From: a virus
Taxonomy: Duplodnaviria; Heunggongvirae; Uroviricota; Caudoviricetes
Strand: one strand, 5' to 3'
Virus record (IMG/VR): IMGVR_UViG_2585427728_000007
DNA: 42,114 nucleotides
Part shown: positions 8,683-18,702 of the stretch, piece by piece
How the letters are laid out: every line of letters starts with the position of its first letter
Position numbering within the stretch: position 1 is the first letter of the stretch
Translations under genes and position numbers: made by a program
The notes under the pieces: generated by a model
Told to the model about the DNA's origin: nothing
Seen by the model: only the letters and a program-made list of their open reading frames with translations
The model's database searches: none

Positions 8683-10697
8683 TATCTCGGTCCTGCGGGG
8701 AGTTGCTGGGTTAACTGTGAATTCACGCCCTTTTGACGATCAACAGTCAAACGGGCAGCCTCGCGCGGATCGGAAACGCCGTGGATGTTAATATTCGTTT
8801 CCTGCTGAATCACCGGGGCGCTGGTGGGCATGTTGCTCATTACTTTCGGAATGTAGTTACGCGTTTCCTGCGGCATTAACCCCATGCCATAGCGCTTAAC
8901 ATTCCCGATCCCCCAGTTATATGATGCCAGTGCTTTGCTAAGGTCTCCGCCGTTCTGCCGCAACAGCTGGCTGAGGTACTTAGCTGCGGCCTGAGCTGAC
9001 TTTTGCGGGTCGAATACATCGTTTCCGCGAAGGCCCATGTCGCGCGCCGTACCATCCATAAACTGAAACAGACCTTTAGCGCCAGCGCCTGAAACGGCGA
9101 ACTGATTACCGCCAGATTCCGTTATGGCCACACTGCGCAATAACCCCTCCGGAAGCCGGTAGAGCTGTTCCAGGTTGGTAAGCATCGGCTGCATCCATCC
9201 CAGCAGTTCAGAGCCTGCTTTGGTTGGCTGTGGCCGCTTAACTGACTGGCCGAGCTGTTCAGGCTCATCATCACCGAACCAGCCGCGCACCGTTCGGCCC
9301 ACGCTGCGAGGATCGAATCCCCAGTGCTCTTTAATCCAGTCGGCGGTACCGTTGGCGCTGTCTGTTACCATCGGCATCGCTGACGGATTTTCGCTGCCCT
9401 GATTTAGCAGCTGTTTGCCTATACTAGCGGCCTGCGCCCAGTTGCCATCTTTTATGGCATTCAGCAAATCAGCGATCATGTTCAGCATCTTGCCGAACTC
9501 ACCCATTTGCGAAATGAAGTTGCTAAAATCCCACTTTAGGGACCATGACTTGGGGTCAATACCGAGCAACTTAGCCAGCGCTTTTGTCAGGTCCGTAACA
9601 GTCTTTTTCAGGTCACCAATCATTTTGACGGCCTGATCAATTTCAGTCTTCCATTTCCCCCAGTCAATCAGGCTTTTGCCACCTTCTTTCCACGTCTGGT
9701 AATCATCCAAGAGCAGACCAAGTGCAATAATAAGCGTCGTTATCATGCCCAAGGGTGATGACATGAAAGCGGTATTTAGCAGCCGCCATGCAACCAACAG
9801 CCCACTGAACAATGCGATAAGCTGCTGCGTGGCTGGGTTCAGCTTTTTGAACCAGGCGATCACACCCTCAACAGCTTGCCCAGTTCGCCATAACACGCGG
9901 GTAATCGCGTCACCTGCCCAGAGAATTCCTTTGATGATCTTCGTGATGACCGCTTCAATCTTCGGCCAGTTGTCGAGTATCTGCCTGCGGAAGTTATCAA
10001 TACTGCCAGCAAGGCCACCAGCTAGGTTAGAGCCAATCTTGTCTTTCGCCTGTCCAAGCGTCATCGTCAGATTACGCATGGAGGTCATGAAAATATTGGA
10101 CTGTTTAGCCGCTGACTCAGCATTAAAACCAATACGCTTTGCCGTCAACGCGTACTCAGAACTGAGCTGCCCCATCCCTCTGCGCATCGCCATCAGCGTG
10201 TTTTCATCGATGCCAAGCATCTGCGCGTATTGTTTCGCGCGGTAATACGGCATGTTGTTGAGCTTTTGCCCAACGCCAGTAAAGATGGCCGCAGTATCAC
10301 GCATCTTTCCGCTGGCATCGCGGGTCTGTACGCCCAGACGGTTCAGGAACCCTTCCGCCCCCGGATTGCTACGCATGAAACCAGCCAACCCTTCAAGAGA
10401 GGACATGGCCGACTCGGCGCTGGCACCGGTTTGCGATGCGGCATAGCCCAGCGCTTTGATGCCCTGGACGCTGGCCCCCGTCCGCTGGGATGCCCAGTAA
10501 ATTTTATCCAGACCATTCGCGATCTGGGTGGTAAATCCGACAATGCTAAGCGCTGAGCCTTTCACCACCGCGCCGACCTTCAGAACGTTCGCGGTAACGC
10601 CTTTCAGCACGGCTTCAAACTTATTAGCGCCAGCCTGATCGATATCGAATCCCAGCGAAACAAGGAAATCTTTAATCGTATCTGCGTTACCGCTCAT
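8682..10697 (-). CDS. Tail tape measure protein with C-terminal lytic transglycosylase (SLT) domain
   Basis: 671 aa; long helical Ala/Gly-rich N-terminal part with hydrophobic segments; C-terminal ...SVAITESGGNQFAVSGAGAKGLFQFMDGTARDMGL...YNWG... carries the catalytic E-S and GLFQ motifs of soluble lytic transglycosylases; preceded by the chaperone gene with a frameshift window. Confidence 0.8.
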   Translation of the reverse strand: MSGNADTIKDFLVSLGFDIDQAGANKFEAVLKGVTANVLKVGAVVKGSALSIVGFTTQIANGLDKIYWASQRTGASVQGIKALGYAASQTGASAESAMSSLEGLAGFMRSNPGAEGFLNRLGVQTRDASGKMRDTAAIFTGVGQKLNNMPYYRAKQYAQMLGIDENTLMAMRRGMGQLSSEYALTAKRIGFNAESAAKQSNIFMTSMRNLTMTLGQAKDKIGSNLAGGLAGSIDNFRRQILDNWPKIEAVITKIIKGILWAGDAITRVLWRTGQAVEGVIAWFKKLNPATQQLIALFSGLLVAWRLLNTAFMSSPLGMITTLIIALGLLLDDYQTWKEGGKSLIDWGKWKTEIDQAVKMIGDLKKTVTDLTKALAKLLGIDPKSWSLKWDFSNFISQMGEFGKMLNMIADLLNAIKDGNWAQAASIGKQLLNQGSENPSAMPMVTDSANGTADWIKEHWGFDPRSVGRTVRGWFGDDEPEQLGQSVKRPQPTKAGSELLGWMQPMLTNLEQLYRLPEGLLRSVAITESGGNQFAVSGAGAKGLFQFMDGTARDMGLRGNDVFDPQKSAQAAAKYLSQLLRQNGGDLSKALASYNWGIGNVKRYGMGLMPQETRNYIPKVMSNMPTSAPVIQQETNINIHGVSDPREAARLTVDRQKGVNSQLTQQLPAGPR

Positions 10698-10874
10698 TGG
10701 CCGCTCTCCATTTATCTACCCGGGCGTCGTTATCCTCGCGCATGTCGAGGTAGTCATTGAGAAGCGCGATACGGCAGAGGTCTACCGCACCGCTGTTAAG
10801 GTCTTTCTGGTCAATATGGAAGGCAAGCGCCGGACGAAGAATAAAGTCTTCACCGCCCGGCAGGCTGTTGAAGG

Positions 10875-11300
10875 TTATTCCGCTGGCGGGGGGGGCGTCT
10901 CGCTGGTAGGGAGTCCTTGCAAAAAATTTCCCAGAGAGTCGGCGACCACCCGCGCCACCAGTTGCAGCATGGTCAGCAGGTCGATATCGTCAAACGCCAT
11001 TTCGCCATGCTGGCAGACCGGCACCCAGCCTTTCATGTGCTCGCGTGAAACAACGGAAAGGCAGGGGAACAGGATAGCGTCCACGTCGCCATCGCTCAGA
11101 TCGGACACAGCATTGGCAATCTTTGGCAGGATGGTAGCCATCGCGCCTTCGGTGTCTTTGCTGCTGATCTTCTCCTGAACGCTCCGGAAGTCAGAAACCA
11201 TCCCGGCCAGCACCGGCAACAGCTTGCGGGACACCTTCAGCTGTTCGAAAACGCTGAGCTTTGCGGTGCGATATTTCACGCCTTTAATTTCGAATTCCAT
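10875..11300 (-). CDS. Tail assembly chaperone (short form; see frameshift finding)
   Basis: 141 aa ORF between tail tube and tape measure; ends ...ETPPPPAE just after a run of eight C; the -1 frame stays open through the following 177 nt up to the tape measure start. Confidence 0.6.
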   Translation of the reverse strand: MEFEIKGVKYRTAKLSVFEQLKVSRKLLPVLAGMVSDFRSVQEKISSKDTEGAMATILPKIANAVSDLSDGDVDAILFPCLSVVSREHMKGWVPVCQHGEMAFDDIDLLTMLQLVARVVADSLGNFLQGLPTSETPPPPAE

Positions 11301-11303
11301 GCG

Positions 11304-11744
11304 TTAAAACTCCCCGAGAAGCTGGTCAATCTTGCCGCAGTCGAATACCCAGGCGACGGTTCCGCCCTCTTCAGCGTTATTGAAATCAGGCTGTTTCTGG
11401 AATGCACACGAACGCGCAGTAGAAATATCACCCGATGCCGTGTTGCGAATGACGATCACGTTATTGCCCCAGGTGGCAGAGGACTGGCTTTGCGCGTTAT
11501 ACGCCAGAGACAGCTTTTTATTCACCGGGGAGGTTTTGAGTAGCGTCACCGTAATGGTGCCTGACTTATCGGCGTGCAGGCTGTGCATCACCTCGCCATC
11601 GGCACCGATGGTCATGGTGTTTTTGTTGCCGCCCATGGTCTGGGTGATACCTTCCTCAGAGTTCGCAGAACCCTGACCAAGATCGATAACGCCGGTCGGC
11701 CCGGTGAGCGACGCGGTTACATCGAGAAAAGAATAAGTTGCCAT
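11304..11744 (-). CDS. Tail tube protein (contractile tail)
   Basis: 146 aa ORF immediately downstream of the sheath-like gene and upstream of the chaperone; size and order typical for tube proteins. Confidence 0.6.
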   Translation of the reverse strand: MATYSFLDVTASLTGPTGVIDLGQGSANSEEGITQTMGGNKNTMTIGADGEVMHSLHADKSGTITVTLLKTSPVNKKLSLAYNAQSQSSATWGNNVIVIRNTASGDISTARSCAFQKQPDFNNAEEGGTVAWVFDCGKIDQLLGEF

Positions 11745-11754
11745 TTATCGCTCC

Positions 11755-12915
11755 TTAGCGAACCACGTTGATCTGCACATCGGCATAATGAACTGCGCCA
11801 GCCAGCTTACAGGCCACCTGGATTAACGGTGCTTTGCGCGCTTCGCGGTCGGCCTGCGCCTGTTCGGACAGCGGTTGCGCATACACGTAATAGCCTTTGG
11901 TCAGCGTATCGCCGGAATTCAGTTGCCCGATAGGGCCACCATTCCACACGCCAGCCGCTACCAGACCGTTCGTGACGGACTGATCCATAGACTGTTCAAC
12001 GTTGGAAAGCAGACGGGTCACACCGGCATCAGTCTGCGGAATTTTGGTGGTGCTGGTGTAAAGCAGGTTATAGAGGTTGGTCTGAACGTAGTTCTGCAAC
12101 CAGTCGAGCCCGTGGCGCTCGTCGAAGAAGTCACCGTTCGCCATGACACCCTGTTGCAGGATCGCCGTGTCGTTGGCGTAGTACACGAACACGTTCGCAT
12201 TCTTCGTATCCACCGCAGCCGCCTGGCCTACCGTCAACGTTTCGTAGGTTACGCTCGGTTCCTGTTTGAATTTCAGGGTAATGGTGGTATTGCTGCCGTT
12301 GAAATTGACAGTAAACGCGCGACCGAAAGCTGAAACCGCCGCATAAGGGCTGCTGGTGGAATATTGAATAAAGGTACGGGAATACTTACCGGCCTTTAAT
12401 TTAGACGCAACATCGGTCGTCGAAGTCGTGCTGATGATCTCAGCGTCGGCTGACGTTACCCCGAAAATGCGGCTCAGGCTGGACGCTTCGATGAGTTTAG
12501 CAACCTCAATCACGTCGTCAGCATCAAGCACATCATCGCCATCAGCAACATCATCAGCGACAACCAGCCCATACCAGTTGGTATACTGCAGGCAGGCATT
12601 AACAGCTTGCACGATGGTTTCCACGCTTCCACCTTCGGAAGAGGTCAGCGTCTTCGCCCAGCGGCCAACATAAACCTGCGTCGGCTTCGGCGACTGGCTG
12701 AAGAAAACCTGCGCCGCTTCATATTCCGGGCTGTCGACTCCGAAGTCCTCGCCAATGTCCTCAACGGACGCATAAAGGCGGACGCGTTCCTGCACTGGAA
12801 TGACAGTGGAAGAACCGAGGATCAGCAGCGCGCCGAAGTTACGACCAGTAGCCGCTTTCGGCGAGATGATCACATCAACGTTTACAACGTTGGATACAGG
12901 TAAGCCCTGCGTCAT
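11755..12915 (-). CDS. Tail sheath protein (contractile tail)
   Basis: 386 aa ORF at the head of the sheath-tube-chaperone-tape measure block; baseplate V/W/J-like genes downstream support a contractile tail. Confidence 0.65.
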   Translation of the reverse strand: MTQGLPVSNVVNVDVIISPKAATGRNFGALLILGSSTVIPVQERVRLYASVEDIGEDFGVDSPEYEAAQVFFSQSPKPTQVYVGRWAKTLTSSEGGSVETIVQAVNACLQYTNWYGLVVADDVADGDDVLDADDVIEVAKLIEASSLSRIFGVTSADAEIISTTSTTDVASKLKAGKYSRTFIQYSTSSPYAAVSAFGRAFTVNFNGSNTTITLKFKQEPSVTYETLTVGQAAAVDTKNANVFVYYANDTAILQQGVMANGDFFDERHGLDWLQNYVQTNLYNLLYTSTTKIPQTDAGVTRLLSNVEQSMDQSVTNGLVAAGVWNGGPIGQLNSGDTLTKGYYVYAQPLSEQAQADREARKAPLIQVACKLAGAVHYADVQINVVR

Positions 12916-12918
12916 AGT

Positions 12919-13482
12919 TTATTCTCCAAAAAAGGTGACTGGCGCTTCCACCAGCGATTTAATACCGTACTCGCGCACAACCTTCCGGCGCAGGCGCACC
13001 GTCATGTCGTAGCGGCGAACCCATTGCTGGTTGATAAGTTCGGGGAAAGGGGTCAGACCGGTATAGTCGCCCAGAGACAAACCAAGCGCGTTCAGCTCAG
13101 CATTGTTTTGCGGGACAGATATGCCATCGCGAAAACGGGACGCATAAGACATACCAGCCGGGCCATAGAACGACGCCATGCACTCGAACGTTTCATGCCG
13201 CCAGAGCTGAGCGCCCTCGTCGGTCTGATTGGTGAATGCAGGGTTGTTATCAATGAGCAACCCGGTAACGCCAAACGCGCACCAGTTCGTTTCAACGGGT
13301 GGCAGTGGCGGCTGATTTTTCTGCCAGCGCGGACGAACCATTCCAGACGGCAAGCCGGAAACATTGCGCATCCACTGGCTTAACAGCCTGTCTAGCGCTT
13401 CGTCATAATCCGGATCGCCGCTGGTGGGTGTCAGCCAGCCGCGCTCTGTGCTGGTGTTATTGCTCAACGGGAGTTCCCCCAT
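12919..13482 (-). CDS. Hypothetical virion protein (head-tail joining region)
   Basis: ORF-track ORF 12919..13545 begins at a non-ATG codon and overlaps the upstream gene; first in-frame ATG is at 13482 (MGELPLSNN...). Start is uncertain. Confidence 0.4.
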   Translation of the reverse strand: MGELPLSNNTSTERGWLTPTSGDPDYDEALDRLLSQWMRNVSGLPSGMVRPRWQKNQPPLPPVETNWCAFGVTGLLIDNNPAFTNQTDEGAQLWRHETFECMASFYGPAGMSYASRFRDGISVPQNNAELNALGLSLGDYTGLTPFPELINQQWVRRYDMTVRLRRKVVREYGIKSLVEAPVTFFGE

Positions 13483-13846
13483 CAAACGGCAGTAATTCGC
13501 AATGTGCCTGGACGAAGCCAGCACCGTAAGCCGTGTACGGGTCAACGAATGTCACACGATAATCACGGTTCTGGTACGTCACGATATCGGCGTCACGGCC
13601 AGTCTGCCCCTGCGTCAGCCGCTCAGTTGTCACGATGAGAATCGCGCCACTGATAACCTGGCCGGACTGCATACGTCGGTTTTCGAGAGAGCGGTCAACG
13701 GTAACAACTCCGGCAAACTGCGTTTTAACTTCGCTGTCGCTGCCGATCCCGTCCTCGTCCACCGTTTGCGCGCGACGCGTTACCCACAGGTTGAAGTCGC
13801 AAAAATCGGGGTCAAAAAGTACGTCCGTCACATCAAGATTCGGCAT
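13457..13846 (-). CDS. Hypothetical virion protein (head-tail joining region)
   Basis: 129 aa ORF in the structural operon; no recognisable motif. Confidence 0.45.
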   Translation of the reverse strand: MPNLDVTDVLFDPDFCDFNLWVTRRAQTVDEDGIGSDSEVKTQFAGVVTVDRSLENRRMQSGQVISGAILIVTTERLTQGQTGRDADIVTYQNRDYRVTFVDPYTAYGAGFVQAHCELLPFDGGTPVEQ

Positions 13847-14420
13847 CTTTATCCCTCACAATATGGGTAATGGCTCTGCGGTACTGTCCGGTATCAATCA
13901 ACGGCCTTACATTCTCATTGCTTATCAATTGACCAGAATCTGGGTTGATAGCATTAAGCTTTCCGTCTGCCGATCTGCGTGCTAACTCAGCTTTCGCCCC
14001 TTTGCGCCCTCGACGCGCGCGGGCTTCAACGGTGCTATCAGCAAGCGGTGTAAAGCCGGTAATGGTCATGTAACGCCTGACGCCATTCGCGGCCAGCGTT
14101 CCGGCGCGGTTAAGCGCTCTTTCCGCCCCCGCCGCATTTCCATCAAGCGCAGCCTGCGCCGCTGCTTTGAGCTGCGGCACCGTCTGTTCCTCTACGGATT
14201 TAACGCCGGGGATCAGGTGCGGGCGTGGGGGGATGTTTTGCGCTGGTGAGCCGTATTCGTTGACGTAACCGATCCCGGCATTACCAAACGGAACATCCTC
14301 ACGCTCGCTGTCTTCTTCCGGGATGCCCACCAGCACATCCTTTTTGGTTAGCGACCGGAGCGCATCCAGAATGGCCTGAGCGTTATCAACCCTCGTTGTT
14401 ACACCACTTTTGAAACTCAT
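13833..14420 (-). CDS. Hypothetical virion protein
   Basis: 195 aa ORF in the structural operon; short overlaps with neighbours consistent with translational coupling. Confidence 0.45.
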   Translation of the reverse strand: MSFKSGVTTRVDNAQAILDALRSLTKKDVLVGIPEEDSEREDVPFGNAGIGYVNEYGSPAQNIPPRPHLIPGVKSVEEQTVPQLKAAAQAALDGNAAGAERALNRAGTLAANGVRRYMTITGFTPLADSTVEARARRGRKGAKAELARRSADGKLNAINPDSGQLISNENVRPLIDTGQYRRAITHIVRDKDAES

Positions 14421-14860
14421 AGCTGGCGACCGCCCGCACCGAACATCGTGATCAGCTGATAAAATTCAGCGCCATATCGGGTGTTATTCCAGAAGCCTGC
14501 GTCAGGGTTTAGCGTCGCGCTGGTGTCATAGCTGACGCTTACCTTGTCAACGGACTTGGAGGACTGAACACCATTGGTTGAGCCACCCGGGCCGCCGACG
14601 AGCATTGCCCGGCTATCTGCCGCCCAGAGCGTCATGTAGTGAGCCACGAACAACTCGACAAAGTACAGAAACAACTCTTTGCCGGTGACGTTTTCGCTCA
14701 GCAGCACATCAGCCAGATTCAGACGAAACTGGATTTGTGCTTCGGGATATTTGGCAGGGTCAGCAAACTGTGGAAAGTCGCGCCGAAAATCACTTACTGT
14801 TGGCAGGCTTTGATTCTTTGGCATCTTTCGCCCCATTACCGCCAGTCTGGGCGGCAGCAA
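14417..14860 (-). CDS. Hypothetical virion protein (possible head-tail connector component)
   Basis: 147 aa ORF; overlaps the upstream ORF by about 70 nt, so the true start may be an internal Met (MGRKMPKNQ...). Confidence 0.45.
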   Translation of the reverse strand: MLPPRLAVMGRKMPKNQSLPTVSDFRRDFPQFADPAKYPEAQIQFRLNLADVLLSENVTGKELFLYFVELFVAHYMTLWAADSRAMLVGGPGGSTNGVQSSKSVDKVSVSYDTSATLNPDAGFWNNTRYGAEFYQLITMFGAGGRQL

Positions 14861-15179
14861 TCTGCGCTTGCAGGCTGTCTTTCTGCTCTTGCAGCTTGAG
14901 CAGCGCTTCTTTCAGATCGGCAATCAGCTGATCTTTATCGACAATCTGCTTATCTTTGTCGGCAATCTGCGCTTGCAGGCTGTCGATAATGGGTTGCAGA
15001 TCATCGGTGTCGCTAATCACGCTTTCGGAAAGCTCAGAGTGCGCCTGGGTGAACCAGTGAGACGCGACCTCTTCCGGTACGTTATGCCGCCCCCGGCCAA
15101 ACTCCTGTTTTGACTGATCGCCGAGCGTCAGCGTAAACGGGGTGTGAACATGGATGGTAACCAGCTTTTCTTTCGCCAT
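14790..15179 (-). CDS. Hypothetical coiled-coil protein downstream of the major capsid gene
   Basis: 129 aa; C-terminal half is heptad-like and repetitive ([43 protein letters not shown]), encoded by a 23 bp perfect direct repeat at 14857 and 14962. Confidence 0.5.
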   Translation of the reverse strand: MAKEKLVTIHVHTPFTLTLGDQSKQEFGRGRHNVPEEVASHWFTQAHSELSESVISDTDDLQPIIDSLQAQIADKDKQIVDKDQLIADLKEALLKLQEQKDSLQAQIAAAQTGGNGAKDAKESKPANSK

Positions 15180-15220
15180 TTTCAGTTTCCTTCTGGCCCC
15201 TTTCGGGGCCGTTCTGGTTA

Positions 15221-16162
15221 TCAGATACCGTCCACGTAGGACAGGGTTTCTTTGTACACTGGCTCAACCGCACCGAGCTTGCCGTAATAGGTCGCAATCT
15301 GGTACAGACCGCGATACTGGACAGGAACGCTTTGCAACGGCACCAGCGGATAGCGCACGTATTTCTTGTCGTTGGTGTAGGCGACCATACGGTCTTTACC
15401 GCCAACTCCGCGCCCTTTCAGCCATTTGACCGCTTTGATTTCCAGCGGAACGCCGTTCTGGTGGAAAGCGATAGTGTTCACGGCCAGATAGGTCAGCAGT
15501 GACTGGTTACCCGCTTCGGAAACCTTACGGCTCGCCAGCAGTGAATACTGCTCTGGCGGAATGCGCAGATCAGAAGGCACGACGGAATAACCGGATGCTG
15601 CCCAGGCATTCGACAGAATGCTGTTCACGCTATCGAGAATCTCGTCGTTGGTGGAGTTCGCCCAGGTCTTCGGCGCATTGTTCAGCGTCACACCGACAAG
15701 GTTTGCCAGCCCTTTCAGGCCGAGCGCATCATCGCCAATGTAAACCTGCTCGTCGTTGTCCATCTGCCATTTGAGCTGCATCCCGTCGTACTTCTGGGTA
15801 TCAATCGGGCGACCTACCTGCTGAGCTGCTGCCAGCTCTACAACGGTCCAGCCCAGTTCCATGCCCCAGAGGTTCAGCGGATTGCCGTCTTTGCCGATAT
15901 CAACATTCACGCCAGCAATAGCAGTGGAGTCTTTGCCTACCCAGTTTTTACCGTTCGGATTTGCGCCAGTACCCGCAGCGCCAAAACTGGTGTTAGTCCA
16001 GCTGGAAATGTCATCTGCGATAGAAACGTCTTCACGCAGCTGAATATCGCGGGTCCAGGTGTAACCCACCAGCGGCAGGTTCAACGTCTGGTCGAGTCGC
16101 TCCAGCTCCCCGATGAGAAAGGCACCAGAGCTATCAACGGTTGCCTGATCAAAAGTAATCAT
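15221..16162 (-). CDS. Major capsid protein
   Basis: 313 aa ORF at the expected position after the scaffold/protease-like and small head genes; size typical of Mu-type major head subunits. Confidence 0.65.
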   Translation of the reverse strand: MITFDQATVDSSGAFLIGELERLDQTLNLPLVGYTWTRDIQLREDVSIADDISSWTNTSFGAAGTGANPNGKNWVGKDSTAIAGVNVDIGKDGNPLNLWGMELGWTVVELAAAQQVGRPIDTQKYDGMQLKWQMDNDEQVYIGDDALGLKGLANLVGVTLNNAPKTWANSTNDEILDSVNSILSNAWAASGYSVVPSDLRIPPEQYSLLASRKVSEAGNQSLLTYLAVNTIAFHQNGVPLEIKAVKWLKGRGVGGKDRMVAYTNDKKYVRYPLVPLQSVPVQYRGLYQIATYYGKLGAVEPVYKETLSYVDGI

Positions 16163-16173
16163 TCGTCTGTTCC

Positions 16174-16677
16174 TTAAATCTTCCAGGAGATTTCTGCATT
16201 GCCGTTAGCGTCACCGGCCCCTGTGAATTCGGCGTTGGTCAGCGCCACGTTTTTGCCACTGACGGACGTGGACATGAAGCCGCCCAGCGGCACTTTGATG
16301 GATTCATCAGTGGAGACGACAACGTATACCGGGTCGCCTTTTTTGATGGTGCTGGCATCAAAATCAGAACCGAGATTAACGGTCATGTAGCCACGCTTCA
16401 TGGCGTCACCCGGGAAGTTCTTATCCGTCCCCACCTGGCGAACCATGTCTGGCTGCGATGTGGTCGGATACGGACGAACGTAGATCCCCTTCACCTTGTC
16501 GGCGGTGTCACCGTCCGCCAGCGGCACGAAAAAGCCGTCAGCGTCATATTTGCCAGCCAGACCATAGGCAGCGAAGGCGTTAGCGGATTTAAGGATCACC
16601 GGTTCGACGGTTAAGTCCTGCGGGCGAGAGATAGCCCCGGCAATGCCAACAGGCATCCGGTACAGATATGCAGTCAT
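16174..16677 (-). CDS. Head protein (decoration or scaffold-like)
   Basis: 167 aa ORF between the protease/scaffold-like gene and the major capsid gene. Confidence 0.45.
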   Translation of the reverse strand: MTAYLYRMPVGIAGAISRPQDLTVEPVILKSANAFAAYGLAGKYDADGFFVPLADGDTADKVKGIYVRPYPTTSQPDMVRQVGTDKNFPGDAMKRGYMTVNLGSDFDASTIKKGDPVYVVVSTDESIKVPLGGFMSTSVSGKNVALTNAEFTGAGDANGNAEISWKI

Positions 16678-16681
16678 TGGA

Positions 16682-17914
16682 TTATCCTTTGCGGTTAGAC
16701 CAGAAGTCGGCGTTTTGTTTGTTCAGGGAAGCGATGCTGGTCATGCCCATATTTGGACGTTGTGCATCGCCCGTGGTGCTGCGGGTGTTTCGCCCTTTGG
16801 CAATCTCAGACACGGCGTTAAACGCCATATCGACCGATTGCTTGGGCAATTTGCGGATATCTGCATCACCGACAACCTGGCGAACCAGTGTTTTGTCAGC
16901 GGCGGACAGCACATCACGTTTGAACGCGGTCGGTTTCACCTTACGGCTCAGATCGATACCCGGAACGATAACTTCGGCACGATAAGCAGCGTCACCGGTA
17001 ATCGTGGTTTCCTCTTCGTCGTCCTCACCGTCGCCGGTAGGGTCTTTGTTATCTTTGCCGTCAGGCTTATCGTCGTTATCGCCCGTTGCAGTACCTTCCA
17101 GCTTAGCCAGCAGGGCTTTGAGCAAGGTTTTGATATCGTCCTCGCCGTCGCCGGTTGGCTCTCCGCCCATTTCCGGCTTTTTGTCCGGCAATGGTTGCTG
17201 CGGTGAAAGGTTAATGTTGAGGTTAACGCCGCTCGGCAGATCCCCTTCGTCACCCGTTACCGCCGCTGGCGCAGAGTCCAGCAGTTCGTTCATGGTGTCA
17301 GCGTCACCCGTTTTGATGGCCGTGCGCATGCGGGTCCACCAGCTTTTCTTTTGATTTGCCATTGTGTCTCTGTCTCCAATTGCACAACGATTTCCGGCTC
17401 TGCCTTTAGGGACAAGAGCCACATGGTTTCCGGTGATATCGACCTGCTCGGCTTTTCCGGGTTCGGTCTGCTCGTACTCAGCGTCATAGCCGCACGACAC
17501 TTCGCGCAGACCATCTTCGATCAGCTGAATGGCGCTTTCGTCTTTGACGATAAGGTCAGCCAGCATCCAATCAGACTGATCACCTGTCCCGCGCCGAACG
17601 TTCTGAAGATGCCCGACCGCAAGCTCTTTCCAGTTCTCGGGGTTGACCAGCCGCACATTCCCGTTTTCATCTTCAGGATGCAGGATCGTGATGCTCATCC
17701 CTTCGAATGAGGCGAGCGTGGCCGGATGGAATACCTGCTCAGGAGAACGCGTGACGACTATTTCACCGAACTTATCGGGTTTCAGTTTTGGCAGGTCATC
17801 AGCACCATAGAGCTGCTTACCTGTTCGTCCTATCGGCACGTCTTTGCACAGCAACGAGCCGTCAGCCAGCTGATAGCGGGTTTCCCCCAGCCGGGTATTG
17901 AAAAAATATTTCAT
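16682..17914 (-). CDS. Prohead protease / scaffolding-like protein
   Basis: 410 aa; highly acidic low-complexity segment (TGDGEDD...DKPDGKDNKDPTGDGEDDEEE) typical of scaffolding proteins; sits between the head morphogenesis and capsid genes. Confidence 0.5.
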   Translation of the reverse strand: MKYFFNTRLGETRYQLADGSLLCKDVPIGRTGKQLYGADDLPKLKPDKFGEIVVTRSPEQVFHPATLASFEGMSITILHPEDENGNVRLVNPENWKELAVGHLQNVRRGTGDQSDWMLADLIVKDESAIQLIEDGLREVSCGYDAEYEQTEPGKAEQVDITGNHVALVPKGRAGNRCAIGDRDTMANQKKSWWTRMRTAIKTGDADTMNELLDSAPAAVTGDEGDLPSGVNLNINLSPQQPLPDKKPEMGGEPTGDGEDDIKTLLKALLAKLEGTATGDNDDKPDGKDNKDPTGDGEDDEEETTITGDAAYRAEVIVPGIDLSRKVKPTAFKRDVLSAADKTLVRQVVGDADIRKLPKQSVDMAFNAVSEIAKGRNTRSTTGDAQRPNMGMTSIASLNKQNADFWSNRKG

Positions 17915-17928
17915 GGTTTACCTGCGAT

Positions 17929-18702
17929 TCAGGCGAGATAAGAATGAGGGTTGGGGAAGACGATTTCTTTGTAACAGCGGCAGTTCGGGAGCTCGCCAGC
18001 GTGACCGGTCATGCCGTCAAGCGTTGGAGGTCGGCCCCATTCGACAAACTTCCCTTCCATCTCTCGATGAGAATGCCGGACGTCGCCATCTTCGGCTGTA
18101 CGCCAGATATAACCATTCGAGCCGATTGACAGCGCACGCGCCTGATCCAGTGCACCGGTTGCGCGCCCAAGCTCAGTCCGGGCGATAAGGTTCGCTCGTG
18201 AGCGTGACACGTCACCGGAAGCAGCTATCTCTTTCGCGAATGGCTCAGCGCGGCCACCAGTTACTACAGCCTCGATGGCCTTGTTCTGAATGTCATACAC
18301 CCGATCGGCGGCCTCAAGAGGCAGAGATTTGATGTACTTAATTTGCTCGGCGACGATGGATTTCATCACCTGGCCTACCGGGGCGCGGTCGACCATGTTG
18401 CGTAGTTCTGCGCTGATGTTCCGACTGTGCTGACGCCACTGCTTTTCATTCTGGCGCGCAATGTCGGCGGTGAAGCTCTCAGCAACCTTAGTCGCCCAGG
18501 GAGTGATGATTTCGCTGTAGCGCTCCAGCGCATCCATTATTTCGGTGACGCTATCGTTTGAACCATCGTAGCGACCATTTACGATATCCCCGACCGCCCG
18601 CGCTATCTGCCGTAGGCTCGTTCGATATCGGATCTCCGCCTGGCGGCTCTGGCGGTTTGTCGCCAAGTTCGCCGATGCCTGGCGGCGCTTCGTCTTCGGC
18701 AT
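17929..18702 (-). CDS. Head morphogenesis protein (Mu F / SPP1 gp7-like)
   Basis: 257 aa; C-terminal ...NGYIWRTAEDGDVRHSHREMEGKFVEWG...CRCY... matches the conserved core of the Mu gpF-like family; ATG at 18702 has a GAGGA Shine-Dalgarno and lies 152 nt inside the portal gene 3' end. Confidence 0.7.
   Translation of the reverse strand: MPKTKRRQASANLATNRQSRQAEIRYRTSLRQIARAVGDIVNGRYDGSNDSVTEIMDALERYSEIITPWATKVAESFTADIARQNEKQWRQHSRNISAELRNMVDRAPVGQVMKSIVAEQIKYIKSLPLEAADRVYDIQNKAIEAVVTGGRAEPFAKEIAASGDVSRSRANLIARTELGRATGALDQARALSIGSNGYIWRTAEDGDVRHSHREMEGKFVEWGRPPTLDGMTGHAGELPNCRCYKEIVFPNPHSYLA

Noticed and set aside
9745-10556. Plus-strand ORFs (166, 108, 64 aa) inside the tape measure gene
   Set aside because: Antisense to a long, well-supported gene in GC-rich DNA where spurious ORFs are common.
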